A stretch of DNA of 64,000 nucleotides from Eledone cirrhosa (taxonomy: Eukaryota): contig OZ024748.1 in the NCBI GenBank assembly GCA_964016885.1, forward strand, positions 49,848,001-49,912,000, written 5' to 3'. The translations under genes and the position numbers were made by a program. This document shows, one piece after another, positions 12,786-26,074 of the stretch. Within the stretch, counting starts at the first letter, position 1. Every line of letters begins with the position of its first letter. A model generated the notes under the pieces. That model did no database searches. It had not been told where the DNA came from and saw only the letters and a program-made list of their open reading frames with translations.

Positions 12786-12982
12786 ACAGATTAAAGTTTA
12801 AGCAAAGAATCGCTGCTTTCACCCTTAACGGGGATCCTGTTAAGGGTGAAAGCAGCGATTCTTTGCTTAAACTTTAATCTGTTATTTTAATAAATATTTG
12901 CTCTACGGTTCTTATATATTTGATATATATTTTCCTTATCGAGCCCTCTTTGGATTTTAGTCTTCAATTTTATTATTATTAC

Positions 12983-12985
<3 letters not shown>
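12782..12985. mobile_element. Fold-back cassette (palindrome 12782-12886 centred near ggatcc, plus tail)
   Basis: aataacagattaaagtttaagcaaagaatcgctgctttcacccttaac is mirrored immediately downstream. Confidence 0.85.
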
Positions 12986-13014
<29 letters not shown>

Positions 13015-13369
13015 GGAGGAACATGGCTTAGTGGTTAGAGCATTGGCCTTGCAATCGAAAGGTTGTGAGTTCAATTCTCAGACCAGGTGATGTGTTGTTT
13101 CCTTGAACAAGACACTTTATTTCACATTGCTCCAGTTTCCTCCGCTGTAGAAATGAGATGATAGGGACTGGGGTCCCTATCATCTCATTGGGACTGGGGT
13201 CCCTATCATTCCACTGCAAAGTGGTCGTGGAGGTGCCATGGCAAAAAAGCACCCAGCACTCACTGTAAATGAGGTTGGTGTTAGGAAGGGCATCCAGCTG
13301 TAGAAATCAAGCCAGAATCAGTTCCCGTCCCAAGCAGGGAAAAGCGGACCTAAAATGAAATGATGATGA
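13015..13369 (+). mobile_element. CORE-type tRNA-SINE with RTE-like tail ending in (tga)n
   Basis: A box tggcttagtgg, B box gttcaattc, CORE-like ccttgaacaagacacttta, then ggttggtgttaggaagggcatccagctgtagaaa. Reverse copy at 55175-55420. Confidence 0.85.
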
Positions 13370-13400
13370 ATATCTATCTATCTATCTATATATATATATA

Positions 13401-13432
<32 letters not shown>

Positions 13433-13477
13433 GTGACGAAACATAAGTCAATTGCATGAACTCATAATCCTTTATTT

Positions 13478-13533
13478 ACTGCTATATATATTTCGATGAT
13501 AGCCATTGAATGGCTATGACCTCATCAGGCAGT
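13478..13533 (-). ncRNA. Complete minimal type-I hammerhead ribozyme motif
   Basis: Minus strand: ACTGC-CTGATGA-ggtcatagccat-tca-atggctatcatc-GAAA-TATATA-TA-GCAGT. It has a 5-bp stem I, a long stem II, a palindromic stem III and an AUA triplet. Confidence 0.85.
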
Positions 13534-13557
13534 TAGTCAGTTCTTAGATATGCCAGC

Positions 13558-13589
<32 letters not shown>

Positions 13590-14860
13590 TAGGAAGATAG
13601 ATAGAGAGATAGATATGACGTTTGCTGTCATTTAATTTATTTCTTACACATGCGTGGACCGAACATGAAGTTTTAGCCATGCCAATGGCTTACATTCCGT
13701 TCTGCATATGCTGCAGCGAAAGAAAAAAAACATGTTCATGTAACAGACATATAAAACGTTTAGATTAAATGACGCCTGTGTGTTTGAAGCTTTTATAAGT
13801 GACGTAATACCTGGGATTTGAACTGACATTATGAAGGGTCAAAACTACATACAACTACTACACAATGTTTTGGTTGACGCGCTAACGATTCCACCAACTC
13901 ACCACTCTATATCTATCGATCTCTATATATATATATAGGAGGTGAGTAGTATTGTAGAAGAATAAAACTATGCATATATATCAGATAAGTAGCACTCAAC
14001 AGTTGGTAGAACTGGAGTATATATAAAGAAGAAATTAAAAGATGGTTAATAAAGACTATAACCATTCTTCTACATTTAAATATCCATTTGAATGGACCAG
14101 CATCGCACTCTCAGAACTTATTTGTTCCTTAAAAGACAAAAACTTTAATTTAGAAATTTCTTGGTGTAAAATTTGCAACGCTTTTCCTTACTCCAATGCT
14201 TCCATATCTAGGGTTTGTAATTTATGTATAGCTGAAAAATTTACCATTATCTCGAATTTCAACTCTTCAATAAATAGACGTACGGATTTATTTGCTCTCT
14301 GTAATCATGAATCTTTTAAGACCTTTTACAAAGTTTACAGCTAATATCCTATAACATATTCCACGAATAACGATTAATTCTTTTACACACATATATTTTC
14401 TTCACATATATCTTTTCACACATTTTTTCTCACACATCTACAATGTATTAATCCCCTTTTCTCTGCATTTTTAAGCCTTTCACCTTCTTTCTCTATTGCC
14501 TTAAATTTTTCGTTCAAACCTTCGTAGATTTTGTAAACAAACTATGACGTTATATGTCTTTCTACGTTTATAAACCTTTCTAGCAATTTCATTTATTTAC
14601 TTGTTGATATAAAATAATAATTAAATACCCACATATATAAATTTTTAATTTTTAATTTTGACATAGACAGACTATTCTTATTTTTATTTTTTATTCTATT
14701 CTATCTTATTTTATTTAATTTTATTTTATTTAAAAAACCCTTTCTTTATAATTATTATAATTATTTTTAATTTAATTTAATTTAATTTTATTTTATTTTA
14801 TTAATACATTTTTATACTTCTTAATCCAATTTTTAGTATTCAAACTCATTATAAAATAAT

Positions 14861-15040
14861 TGTTTCTACTTTTGGCACAAGGCCAGCAATTATCCCAGTG
14901 TATTACTGGTACTCTATTTTATCGACCCCGTAAGGATGAAAAGCAAAGTTAACCTCGGCGGGATTTGAACTCAGAATGACAAGGGCCGTAACTCTATACT
15001 TGGCGTGCGACCCTCTACCGATACTGCCAATCCACTGCCC
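14861..15040 (-). mobile_element. SINE family A inserted in the PLE 3' UTR with a 19-bp TSD
   Basis: TSD aaactcattataaaataat at 14842-14860 and 15045-15063. Confidence 0.92.
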
Positions 15041-15391
15041 TTAAAAACTCATTATAAAATAATATACCCAGTTTTTATATTCTAGACCTCTAATATTTGT
15101 AATATTAGCACATACACCTCATCAATTTATTTATTTATTTTTTTAGCCGTTATTTTGCAGCTGTTTTTCAATTTTGACAGCGTTCCCGATCAAACGTCTC
15201 TCTCTCTCTTTTTCTCTTTCTCCTTCCTCCTTATTTCTTTCTTTTTTCCTCTCTTCTATTTCTTTTTCCTTTTTCCTTCTTCTTTCCTTTTCTTCATTTT
15301 TCCTATTTTTTCTCTTCTCTTATATTTTTGTCATATGTAGACTGGACACTTTCTTGTTCACAAGTGTTTTTAGGCCTCATATCATGTTACC

Positions 15392-15463
15392 TTATTTTAT
15401 CTGATGAGAACACAATTTTTGTCCCAGGATGATGTTGTTTTCGAAATGCGCATAATAAAATAA
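15392..15463 (+). ncRNA. Complete type-I hammerhead ribozyme motif in the PLE 3' region
   Basis: TTATTTTAT-CTGATGA-gaacacaat...gttgttttc-GAAA-TGCGCA-TA-ATAAAATAA, giving a 9-bp stem I and palindromic ATGCGCAT. Confidence 0.85.
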
Positions 15464-15669
15464 TAATAATAAAATATATAGAACTTTTTTAACCATCTTT
15501 TAATTTCTTCTTTATCTCTCTCTCTCTCTCTATATATATACATATATACATATATATATATATGCGTGTGTGTGTATATGTGTATATATGTGTGTGTGTG
15601 TGTTTGTATGTATGTATGTATGTATGTATGTATGTATGTATGTATGTATGTATGTATGTATGTGTATGT

Positions 15670-16258
15670 CGGGTTACTCTTGAGTGCTACTGGTAACACG
15701 TAACCCAGTACAATTTGTCACATGGTCGGGTCGTCGGCGACTAAATCGGCAACCCCACCAAGTTTACTTGGTGAAAAGGGTGATTTTGGACACCTTGCAG
15801 AACAAAAAAGGAAACCTGACAAAGGGCGGAAGAACTCATGAGTCAACGGCTATCCAAAAATGGGTAAATATGTATATACGTATGTATATATGAGTATATA
15901 TTGATATGTATATATGCGCTGGGACATAGAAATAATAGAGCTGGATGCCCGATCGCGCGGTTAAACTGCTGGGAGTGAAGGTCCCCAAGCCTGTGTCAGG
16001 GCATTCTTCTATGAGAAGGCAACTCAGGAAACTAGGATAACTCCGACATAAAACCTGCGGCTCATTAGTTACCGATGATATTGATGTTTTCTTCTTTTCG
16101 GGTTATAGCTACTGTCGCTCAGAGAGTGGGACTGGCTCAGTGCACAGTCTTTCCTCACTTAAAAAAATCTTTACGCACAGGCATTGCAGGATAGCATTAA
16201 TTAATAATTATTAATAATGTTATATCGTTCAATGGCCATACTCGATAACGAGGGGACA

Positions 16259-16266
<8 letters not shown>
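15670..16266 (+). mobile_element. Probable non-autonomous RTE derivative (5' UTR-like region plus 3' end)
   Basis: GC-richer UTR-like sequence ending in atggccatactcgataacgaggggacagccatcat, which resembles RTE 3' ends. No ORF. Confidence 0.4.
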
Positions 16267-16291
<25 letters not shown>

Positions 16292-17440
16292 CACCCACAA
16301 ACATAGGACCACCACATCATGAAAGGTACACTGAGGAATTGAAATCCCCGAGTCAAAATCAATACGGGACCTGAGTATTGACTTGAACAATAATGAATCG
16401 TTTCATGCACAAAATGATGGCAATGTGCAGACGAATAGCGCGGTGCATAATAGAGCTATATAGGGAAGTATATGCGGTATGTTTATATTTAATAAACAAC
16501 TTTGTAATCTTTTTGAAGAAGCTGTGAACATGTCAAGCTATTTCAGCAACAAATTGAGAGAATCTGACAGCACTGCTTCAGGATTATTTTCCCTGTTCAC
16601 AGAATATTACTCCTTTACTGCTGAGACAAAAATAAGCTGAAAACTTATAGTGTTTCGCTTATGTATATCAGCTGATGATGTTCATACATATATCTATATA
16701 AATGTATAACCATGTTTAAATGTTTCTAACATAGGCATAAGCCCAGTCATTTTAGATGAAGCGAAAGTCGATATACATTTAACTCTATAGATACACTCAA
16801 CACGTATATAAAATTTCATAGGTTAACTATGGCGGATTAATACAAGAGCTGTGAAATGTCGCATGCATTCATTTCCACTCTTCTTTCCGAGTGAAAAATA
16901 AATCTAATTTAGTCATTCAATGAGAGTATCTTGTCCGGCCTATACATTTTTCAGTTGTCCCTCGTATGAGCACACATCGGATCAACAGCTCAACTGAGTC
17001 ATAGACACAAACACACAAAAACACACAAAAATATGTATACTATGGGAATATATATTCAATCTATAGATTAGAGGAAAGTTTACGGCTTGAGCGACGGTTT
17101 GCTATTTTGCATTGTCTCTTTGTGTGTGTGTGTTTTCCTTAAACTGTATATTATCTGCAATCTGTTCACAACAATATTTCAATTATAATTCAGTAACTTC
17201 CTCGCCATCTCCTACTTTTCTGAAAGCCGATTTATCTTTTCCATATATTATACACTCTGTCTTGTTTGTTTTAATTGAAAATCAATATATATTACTTTAT
17301 AACGAATATATAACTATATATAAAAGATAAGCTAGCAAAACATTTGCATATAAATTTCCTTTTTCTACTATTCTGCTGCAGCATATCCCCTCCCCGTCCC
17401 TCTCAAATTACACACACACACACATACATACACACACACA

Positions 17441-17517
<77 letters not shown>

Positions 17518-17717
17518 TGCCTATCTATCAAGCTTTCTGTCTGTCTATCTGTTTGTCGGTTTCTTATGTTTTATGTATCGTTTCTTGTAGATATTGAACA
17601 TTTTAAGATCATTGAAAGGGCAATGAGAATAGAAGTGGGTAGTGTGTCTGGTATATATGTATTACACAAATGCACACAGACACACACACACTGAGACATA
17701 CACATATAAACACCCAA

Positions 17718-17787
<70 letters not shown>

Positions 17788-18093
17788 AAAAATGTACACA
17801 CACACAGGTATACATATATAAGTCATAAAAACCAGGAAAAATTCATTTTTGCGTTTATATGAATACTTCTTCTCACATACACACACATAAACATACAAAT
17901 ATCTAGAGATGACTGAGAAAGATCACGTGTGTAAATGTAGACACATGTGAAATGAATGTGAGAGAGAGAGAGCGAGAGAGCTAGAGGAGAGATACAGTGT
18001 GTGTGTGTGTGTCAGAGATTGAAAAGAGATTGAAGGAGAAAGAAAGTTCGAAGTAGATTGACATCATAAAATGATAACACATTTTAGAATAAT

Positions 18094-18280
18094 TGTTTCT
18101 ACTTTTGGCACAAGGCCAGCAATTACTCAGTGTATTACTGGTACTTTATTTTATCGACCCCGTAAGGATGAAAGGCAAAGTCAACCTCGGCGGGATTTGA
18201 ACTCAGAATGGCAAGGGCCGTAACTCATTGGATCAAAGCATGGCGTCCGACCCTCTACCGATACTGCCAATCCAACGCCC
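18094..18280 (-). mobile_element. Full-length SINE family A with TSD
   Basis: TSD tttagaataat at 18083-18093 and 18283-18293. Confidence 0.92.
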
Positions 18281-18711
18281 AGTTTAGAATAATATTAAAC
18301 ATTTTGTATTACTTTACTTTTCTCCCAATACCATTCAATTAGAACTTTCAGGTTTTCTCCATCTCGTTTCTTAAATCTCCCACTTTCTGCTTTCTACCTG
18401 AGTAGCAGCGGACCCATCAATGTTTTTTTTTATTTAGCTATTGTTATCGGAATTGTCCTGGTACTCTGGTTAAAATTTTGGGAGTTCCTTTGTGAAATAA
18501 CGATATTTTTTTTACAGGTCAGACTCAAACATCTTCGCACCCACATAAAAGCAAGCATGCATTTATGTGTGTGTGTATGTACGTTTATATCTATGTATGT
18601 GCGTAAGTATGTATGTATATATGTATGTATGCATGTATGTATGCGTGTATGCATGTATGTTTGCATGCATATCTGCGTATGTGTATGTATGTATATGAGC
18701 ATATGTTTATA

Positions 18712-18792
<81 letters not shown>

Positions 18793-19017
18793 GTATATAT
18801 ATATATAAAACATAGAGTGCTCAAACAATATATTATTACTCACCAACTGGCTATATACATACATAAATACATATATACACACAGACACACGCATATATTT
18901 TATTTATTTATTGTTTATATATATTGCTTATATGTATATGCATATATATATGTATACACGCACACACATACACACATGCACACACACATATATGCATGTA
19001 TGTGCTTGCATGTGAGC

Positions 19018-19065
<48 letters not shown>

Positions 19066-20227
19066 AGAAAAATAGAGATACAGGAAGACTGACAAAGAAT
19101 TAATGGATAAGGTAAATAAATAGCGATACAAAAAAAGAAAAAGAAAAACCAAAACAAAATTAAAACAAAAAAACCCGAAGATGTAGGAGGCAAGCATGGT
19201 GAGGGTATGAGGAGAGATTGTAAGAGAAAAACTAAAACAGGGTGTAAAACAATGAAATTAGAGAGAGAATGTGAAGGTGTTGTTGTGAAAAGGAGGGAGT
19301 TAAGAATTGAGGTGTTAAAATGGCGTCGAAGTTGCAGAAATGTAATAGATAACGACCTATATAGATTAATATTGTTGTTATATATGTTTCATACACAGCT
19401 CCTTTTTTTCTCCTGTTAAATTACTTGAATATGTTTCACAACCAAAAAAGGAGAGAAAAAAAAGGTGAGTTTGCCAATTAAAAAACTGAACTTTGAATAA
19501 ATAGATTCAGTTTGTTCTTTGTTTCAGATAACAACAAACTTCTAATCTTTCACCCAAAATATTTTCATCTTAAAAAAAAAATATTTCCATTACAACATCA
19601 TATAGAAAAAAACCACTATAGAAATATAAATTTAAAGTAACATTTTGTTTATAATTTTATGGATAATATTTTAATTTGATTCCGATTTTCCCGTTCCTTC
19701 TCTTCCTTACTTAAGTGCTTACTCATTCCACAAAATATTGCTTAAATTTAAAATAAAGAAAAGACGGAAATATAAAAGAAAAACAGAATAAACAGTATTT
19801 TTAACGTAAATTTAAATTTACATTTGAAATTTAAACCCTTAATTGATGAGTGATATATATTGAAATGAATGTGTGTATATAACATAGAAAATAAAAAACA
19901 ATTATTTGAGTATCATTGATCTATAATCACTGATATTACATAAAGGCCCCACAAACGTAGGTGAAACGATTATGAGGATCCATGTGTCAATCAGAGAGAG
20001 AGAAAGAGAGATAGAGAAAGAGAACGCGAGAGAAAGAGAGAGAGAGAGAGAGTAAAAGTGAGTGTGTGAGAGTGAGAGAAAGTGAGAGAAAGATCAATAG
20101 ATACAGAGAAGTTCCTAACTTATATATTCAGGCAAATCTACAACAGTTCAACTGTTTTACATGTCTGTAGCATCTATATTGATAGACTTACTTGTTTCGA
20201 CATTCTTACATCTCTGTATAATAATTT

Positions 20228-20940
20228 AATTGGGAAGAGCGTAATTCCATCGGGGCGCTTGCCGTCTCCGCGGTCAAGGCCTGTTGGTTCCAGTTGTGAT
20301 GGGAAACTACTTGTATCAAGGTCCCCTCTCAATATGTAGTTGAGAGCGGCATGTCGGGAGAACCATCCAGCGTTCTGGTGGTACGATAGAAGGTGCAGGT
20401 CAAACTTGTCAATGACTGTCTCGCAACGGCATTTCTGTGGAAATTCGGCCACAAACCTTGGTACTGCTGGCTGCAACGCAGAGGAAAGGAAAACAAACAA
20501 ATACCGGGGTTTGTCTACCCGCTTCCCCTTCGTACCGGACACCGTTGAGACCTCAGGCGTCCTCGGACCCCGTACTGCCAAGCTTCTCCGCAAGATCGGA
20601 CGTCAGTAGCCCGCCTCAGTACTGCCAAGCTTCTCCGCAAGATCGGACTTCAGTAGCCCGCCTGAGGAAGGAGCCCCGAGAGCTGGGGTGGCTGCTTCAG
20701 CAGTGTCGCTGGCTATTGTCCGCAGAAAGGCTTTTGCAGTTTTGGCCGCCGCGCTCTACCCCAGAGCTCATCACCATCTCCTCTTCTCCTCCATTTCTTT
20801 CTGTGGCCCTATAGTCATTGCTTTCCTCTCATTTTCCTCTCATTTATGGCTTTTATAATTCTTTCTTCTAATTTCTAGATCTGCCCTTCTTTAACCCTTC
20901 CCCATTTGTAATGTTATTTATACAAATGTAAATAAAATTT
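20228..20940 (+). mobile_element. CRE-like RLE LINE 3' fragment with inverted 5' part
   Basis: Minus strand: KCRCETVIDKFDLHLLSYH..GWFSRHAALN...LEPTGLDRGDGKRPDGITLFP. Plus strand: SATNLGTAGCNAEERKTNKYRGLSTRFPFVPDTVETSGVLGP...EPRELGWLLQ. Confidence 0.8.
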
Positions 20941-21881
20941 CATCACTTTTGATAATTTGATAGTAAAGTCTTTCATGTGCAGGGGGTCAAGAGAGAGAGG
21001 GAGATGGACTGAGAGAAAGGGAGAGAGAGAGAGAGAGAAACAGAGTGAGATTTAATGAATGATGTCATATTTTTCCTGAGGTTATACGCCGTCTTTTCGT
21101 TGCTCAATGATGCTGCGTATTTCTCATTACTAACTGCATTGCCTATATGTGTTTACAGTTCTTGAGAATAACATGTATTGTAATGGTTGAGAGTTTATTT
21201 ATTGTATGAAAGGGTATATGTGCTGCTTATGTGGTGAGGTACATTTCATTTTTATTTGTAGACCCATCATTATATAACTAGAGAGACCTTCACAGGATTG
21301 CAGTAATGATTTCAGATCTAACTTTGGACCGTGTTGTTTAGTTTAGTGTTGTTTTAAAGATTTAATAAGTTACAAGTATAACCCACTTTAAGAGGTACCA
21401 ACTTTAACATAGAAACCTGGAAATGAGTAACTAGGTGATCATCAAAGTTCACCTTCGTGTAGTGTGTAGCAGCATTAGCTGCTCCGCTGGTTGTTACGCC
21501 TGTTTCATGGACAAATAAGAATCCTTTGTCTAAACTCATAAGTGAAGGGAAAGATACCATTGGAGAATCGAATTCAGTTTTCTAGATTTTTCAGTCCTCC
21601 AGCGCCATGCACTGAACATTATAGCTGATTATACACATTAAGGAAAATGCTTTTATCTCTTAACTAAACTGAATAGCTTACTCGTTGACTGAACCCCAAT
21701 TAACAAAATGACACACACAAATATTCTTGGACACACACCAATTTGGCATTTGTTATATTTTCTGGTTCGAAGGACACAAGTTAAGTTCCTTATGCTTCCT
21801 TATATAAATCAAAGTGCCGATATCCATCAATCGGCCAGTGCAATATATATTTCTTTTTTTAATTTTTATTTTTGTTATTTA

Positions 21882-22000
21882 AGGCGTCAAACTGGCAGAG
21901 TCGTTATGACGTCAGATAGACTGTTTGCGGCATTCGTTTCGGCTCTCAGAGTTCAAATACCGCCGATGTCAACTTTGTTTTTCATCTATTCGAGATCGAT
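21882..22000 (+). mobile_element. Older, diverged SINE family A copy
   Basis: ctggcagagtcgtt...gagttcaaataccgccgatgtcaactttg. Confidence 0.7.
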
Positions 22001-22293
22001 ATTGCTGTTACTCGATGGATCTGGGGTCATTCTGCTCAGCGGCCCCAGAGGTGTCATCGACCACAGAGCTATTTCAATTAAAACCATTCCCTTTCATTTG
22101 TGTCGTTTAACCGTAGGTCATATCTGATAAAATAGTCCTATGATAAAGCTGCCCTACATTTTAGTTTTTCAAAAACATTGTTTCTTTGATTAAATTGTAT
22201 AATGTTTTGATTTCCGGGAAGAAAGTGGGGTTTAATTTGAGGGAGATTTGACTGCAATTTCTACAGCAGGAGCAAGCATGTAGTGTATCGAGG

Positions 22294-22372
22294 ATAGGAA
22301 AATGTTCTGGACGTCCAGAAATAGCCGTCGAAACGGCTTGAGCTCTGCCGTCGTGGTTAAACATTTTCCTAT
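22294..22372. mobile_element. Diverged gacggctgagc-family fold-back cassette
   Basis: Arms ataggaaaatgtt / aacattttcctat around tagccgtcgaaacggcttgagctc. Confidence 0.65.
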
Positions 22373-22675
22373 ATATATATATTTATATAAATTGTACCTA
22401 TAGTAAATAACAAAATAACGCCCGTCCCCAGCTAAGGAAATATTTTTACGGTGGTTGTTTTTGTTTTGTTACCGGTTAAATGTTAACTCGTTACATCCAA
22501 ATACTGCAAACATTTTAGGTTGTCTACCGTTGCACCTTTTGTTTGTTGTTTTCCACTCTTATTTGATTGCTTGAAAGTGTTGGCCTAACAATTTCCTGTT
22601 ATGATCAAATCAACAGTGATGAATACGAAATCAACTCCCTATGTGAAAGACACCAGCCTATATATTGACGCCCCA

Positions 22676-23525
<850 letters not shown>

Positions 23526-24788
23526 ATATTAAAACAGTAATAAAGATATTCCAGTTAATACTGCTCTGTGTTCCAAGAAATTTACTGTGTTGTGTCTCTC
23601 ATATTTTTTCCTTTTCTCTCTCTTCCTATTGCTCCCCCTGCTGTTAATGGTCGTCTGCTTGTCAATATTATTCAAAAATATAATTCTATTTCTCCACTAC
23701 GTAAACGTGTCGCTAGTTTTTATTCTATTTGTCTATTGTATTTTTCTTCTCTCACTTATGGCTGTTGTCGCTGGCGTTGTTCGTATTCGTAAAAAAGCAA
23801 AAAAAAAAAAAAAAAAAAAAAAAATAAAATAAGAAAACGAATAAATAGATAAATAAATACATCGTAAAAAGTGAAGAAATCGTTTTGTTAGTTTGTATGG
23901 AATAAAAAGGAAAATCAACCACAACAAAACAGAAAAACATGGGAAAATAATAATCTAACACAAACATTATTGTCAAGGTTGTATAGCAGGTTTTGGAGTG
24001 CGGATACGTGATGGTTGAATGGATGGAATAAATAGCTGATATATTGGCTGTGTGACTTCTTTGGTAAAAACGAAAAGAATAGAAATCAATGTGAATAAAA
24101 AGAAATACAAGACAACGAGTTTTAACATATCCTACACCTTCAACAACAACACCAACCACACCATCAACCACAACACCAACCACATCACCAACCACACCAC
24201 CAACCACACCACCAACCACACCACACCACCAACCACACCACCAACCACACCACCAACCACAACACCAATCACAACACCAATCACAACACCAATCACAACA
24301 CCAACCAAAACACCAGCCGCAAGCCTGACCAGTGAACTTCTTTATGATCACTTCGTTATGTTTTCTAAACAAGATGTAGTAGCTTGAAAAAAATGAGAAC
24401 GACAGGGAGACACTAACGGCCAGAATAGTCATTCAGAATGTCACAGCATGTGTGAGGAATGAGCTTTGACAATTAAATAACCAACCGGTTACTAAACAAA
24501 CCAAGGAATTGATTAGCTAACTAACTAACAATAAAACCGAGGTGATATTTAACAGGTGCGTGTGTTTTTATTGCTAGCATGACCCTCCCACAGTATAACA
24601 ATATCTGTTTCAACAAATGATTTCACATAAATAATCTTGCAAAACAAATACAACCGAAATGTTTAGTGTTTATATATATATATATATACATATGTATGTA
24701 TGTAAAAGGTAAACAGAAATAACAACACAATCGGTACAGTATATGGAAGGTATATATTAGGTTAACACTTGATATAGCAGGAAGAGGG

Positions 24789-24824
24789 TCTTAACGTGTC
24801 GGACGCTAGTCCTTCATCAGAAGA
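24789..24824 (-). ncRNA. Hammerhead motif with one core substitution (GAAA>GACA)
   Basis: Minus strand: TCTT-CTGATGA-a-GGAC-tagc-GTCC-GACA-CG-TT-AAGA. Confidence 0.7.
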
Positions 24825-24914
24825 GAGAATGAGAAATAAAATAGACTGAGGGGACGGGCGGGATGGAATTTGGAAAAAATATCTTTAGATAAAAATAACA
24901 GGTCCATTTATGTT

Positions 24915-25815
24915 GACATCTCTTGCAAAAAACCTGTGGAAGGTTCTGAAAGACTATAGGGTTTCTTGTTGCCCTGAAATCGCTATAAAATGTCCTAGTA
25001 TTTCTTATCGGATAAATGGTGCTAAATCAACACCATTCAATGTGGAAGTCGGACTCCGCTAAGGGCGCGTACTGTCACATCTCCTATTCAGTATTTTTAC
25101 GAACAGAATTCACATGCGCAGTCGGGCTGGAAGAGGTATCATGTCTGGCGGGTGTAAAATTAGTTGGTTGGAACTTGCAGACGACATGGTGTTACTTAAC
25201 TCGACAGAAAATGATTTCCAACTTGATAGGTTTTATACAGAGAGCTGCATGACTGCAATGAAAATCAGTGCTGCGAAAACTGAGACACTCATCCTCTCAA
25301 GGAATCCTGTGCAGTGCACTCTCCATGTGAATGGATTTCCATTGAATCAGGTGGAGAAATTCAAGTATCTCGGGGCCGTGTTCACGAGTGATGGAAGACA
25401 GAAGGCTGAATTAAGTGCACGAATTGCAGTAGCCTGTGCAGTAATGCACCAGCTTCAGCATTCATTAATCAGAAGAAAGGAGGTAGTGTAAAAGCGAAAC
25501 TCGCTAATTTTTGTTCGGTATTCGTCCCAACCCATACCTAGGGTCATGAATCTTGGGTAATGACCGAAAGAATACGATTGCGAATACAAGGGGCCGAAAT
25601 GGGATTAGAATGTCTCAGGAAATAATCGCTGGGCAGATTTTACGGGCAAAACCGAACGGCAGGAGACTCAGGGGTAGACCCAATCAAATCAAGATGGTTG
25701 GATAACATCCATGAAGTTGGTTGGTCCTGCTTGGGGATCCAGTCGGATCAGTTGGAGATAGCTGCTTCTGACAGGAAGGAGTGTTTGAGGACTCTGACCC
25801 CCTTGACCCTCTGAG
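24915..25815 (+). mobile_element. Decayed RTE-clade LINE, RT C-terminal half
   Basis: LADDMVLL...MKISAAKTE...LNQVEKFKYLGAVFTSDG...ARIA (ORF 25114-25491), with frameshifts around it. Confidence 0.85.
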
Positions 25816-25869
25816 AAATAAGTGGGTGAAGAAAAGTAGAATATATATATATATATATATATAATGTAG

Positions 25870-25979
25870 GAAATGAGTTTTATTTGATGAGAACGCAAAT
25901 ATCGTCCCTGGATGATATTTGTTTTTGAAATGCGCATAATAAAATACATGGAACATTTTTAACCATCTTTTAATTTCTT

Positions 25980-25983
<4 letters not shown>
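25870..25983 (+). mobile_element. Solo hammerhead cassette of the 15392/63863 family
   Basis: ttttat-tTGATGA-gaacgcaaatatcg...tgatatttgttttt-GAAA-TGCGCA-TA-ataaaa (C3>T), between (TA)n tracts. Confidence 0.8.

Positions 25984-26074
<91 letters not shown>

Larger units (their letters stand above)
13938..15513 (+). mobile_element. 5'-truncated Penelope-like element: inverted tail, GIY-YIG C-terminus and 3' UTR with hammerhead
   Basis: ORF 14042-14344 (YNHSSTFKYP...LSELICSLKDK...ISW...PYSNAS..CNLCIAEKFTII....INRRTDLFALCNH) matches a PLE endonuclease C-terminus. 13938-14053 is the reverse complement of the element end (ttaaccatcttttaatttcttcttta) plus a tail. Confidence 0.8.

Noticed and set aside
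16328-16385. ctgagga...attga/tcaat as a hammerhead
   Set aside because: No GAAA follows the putative stem II.
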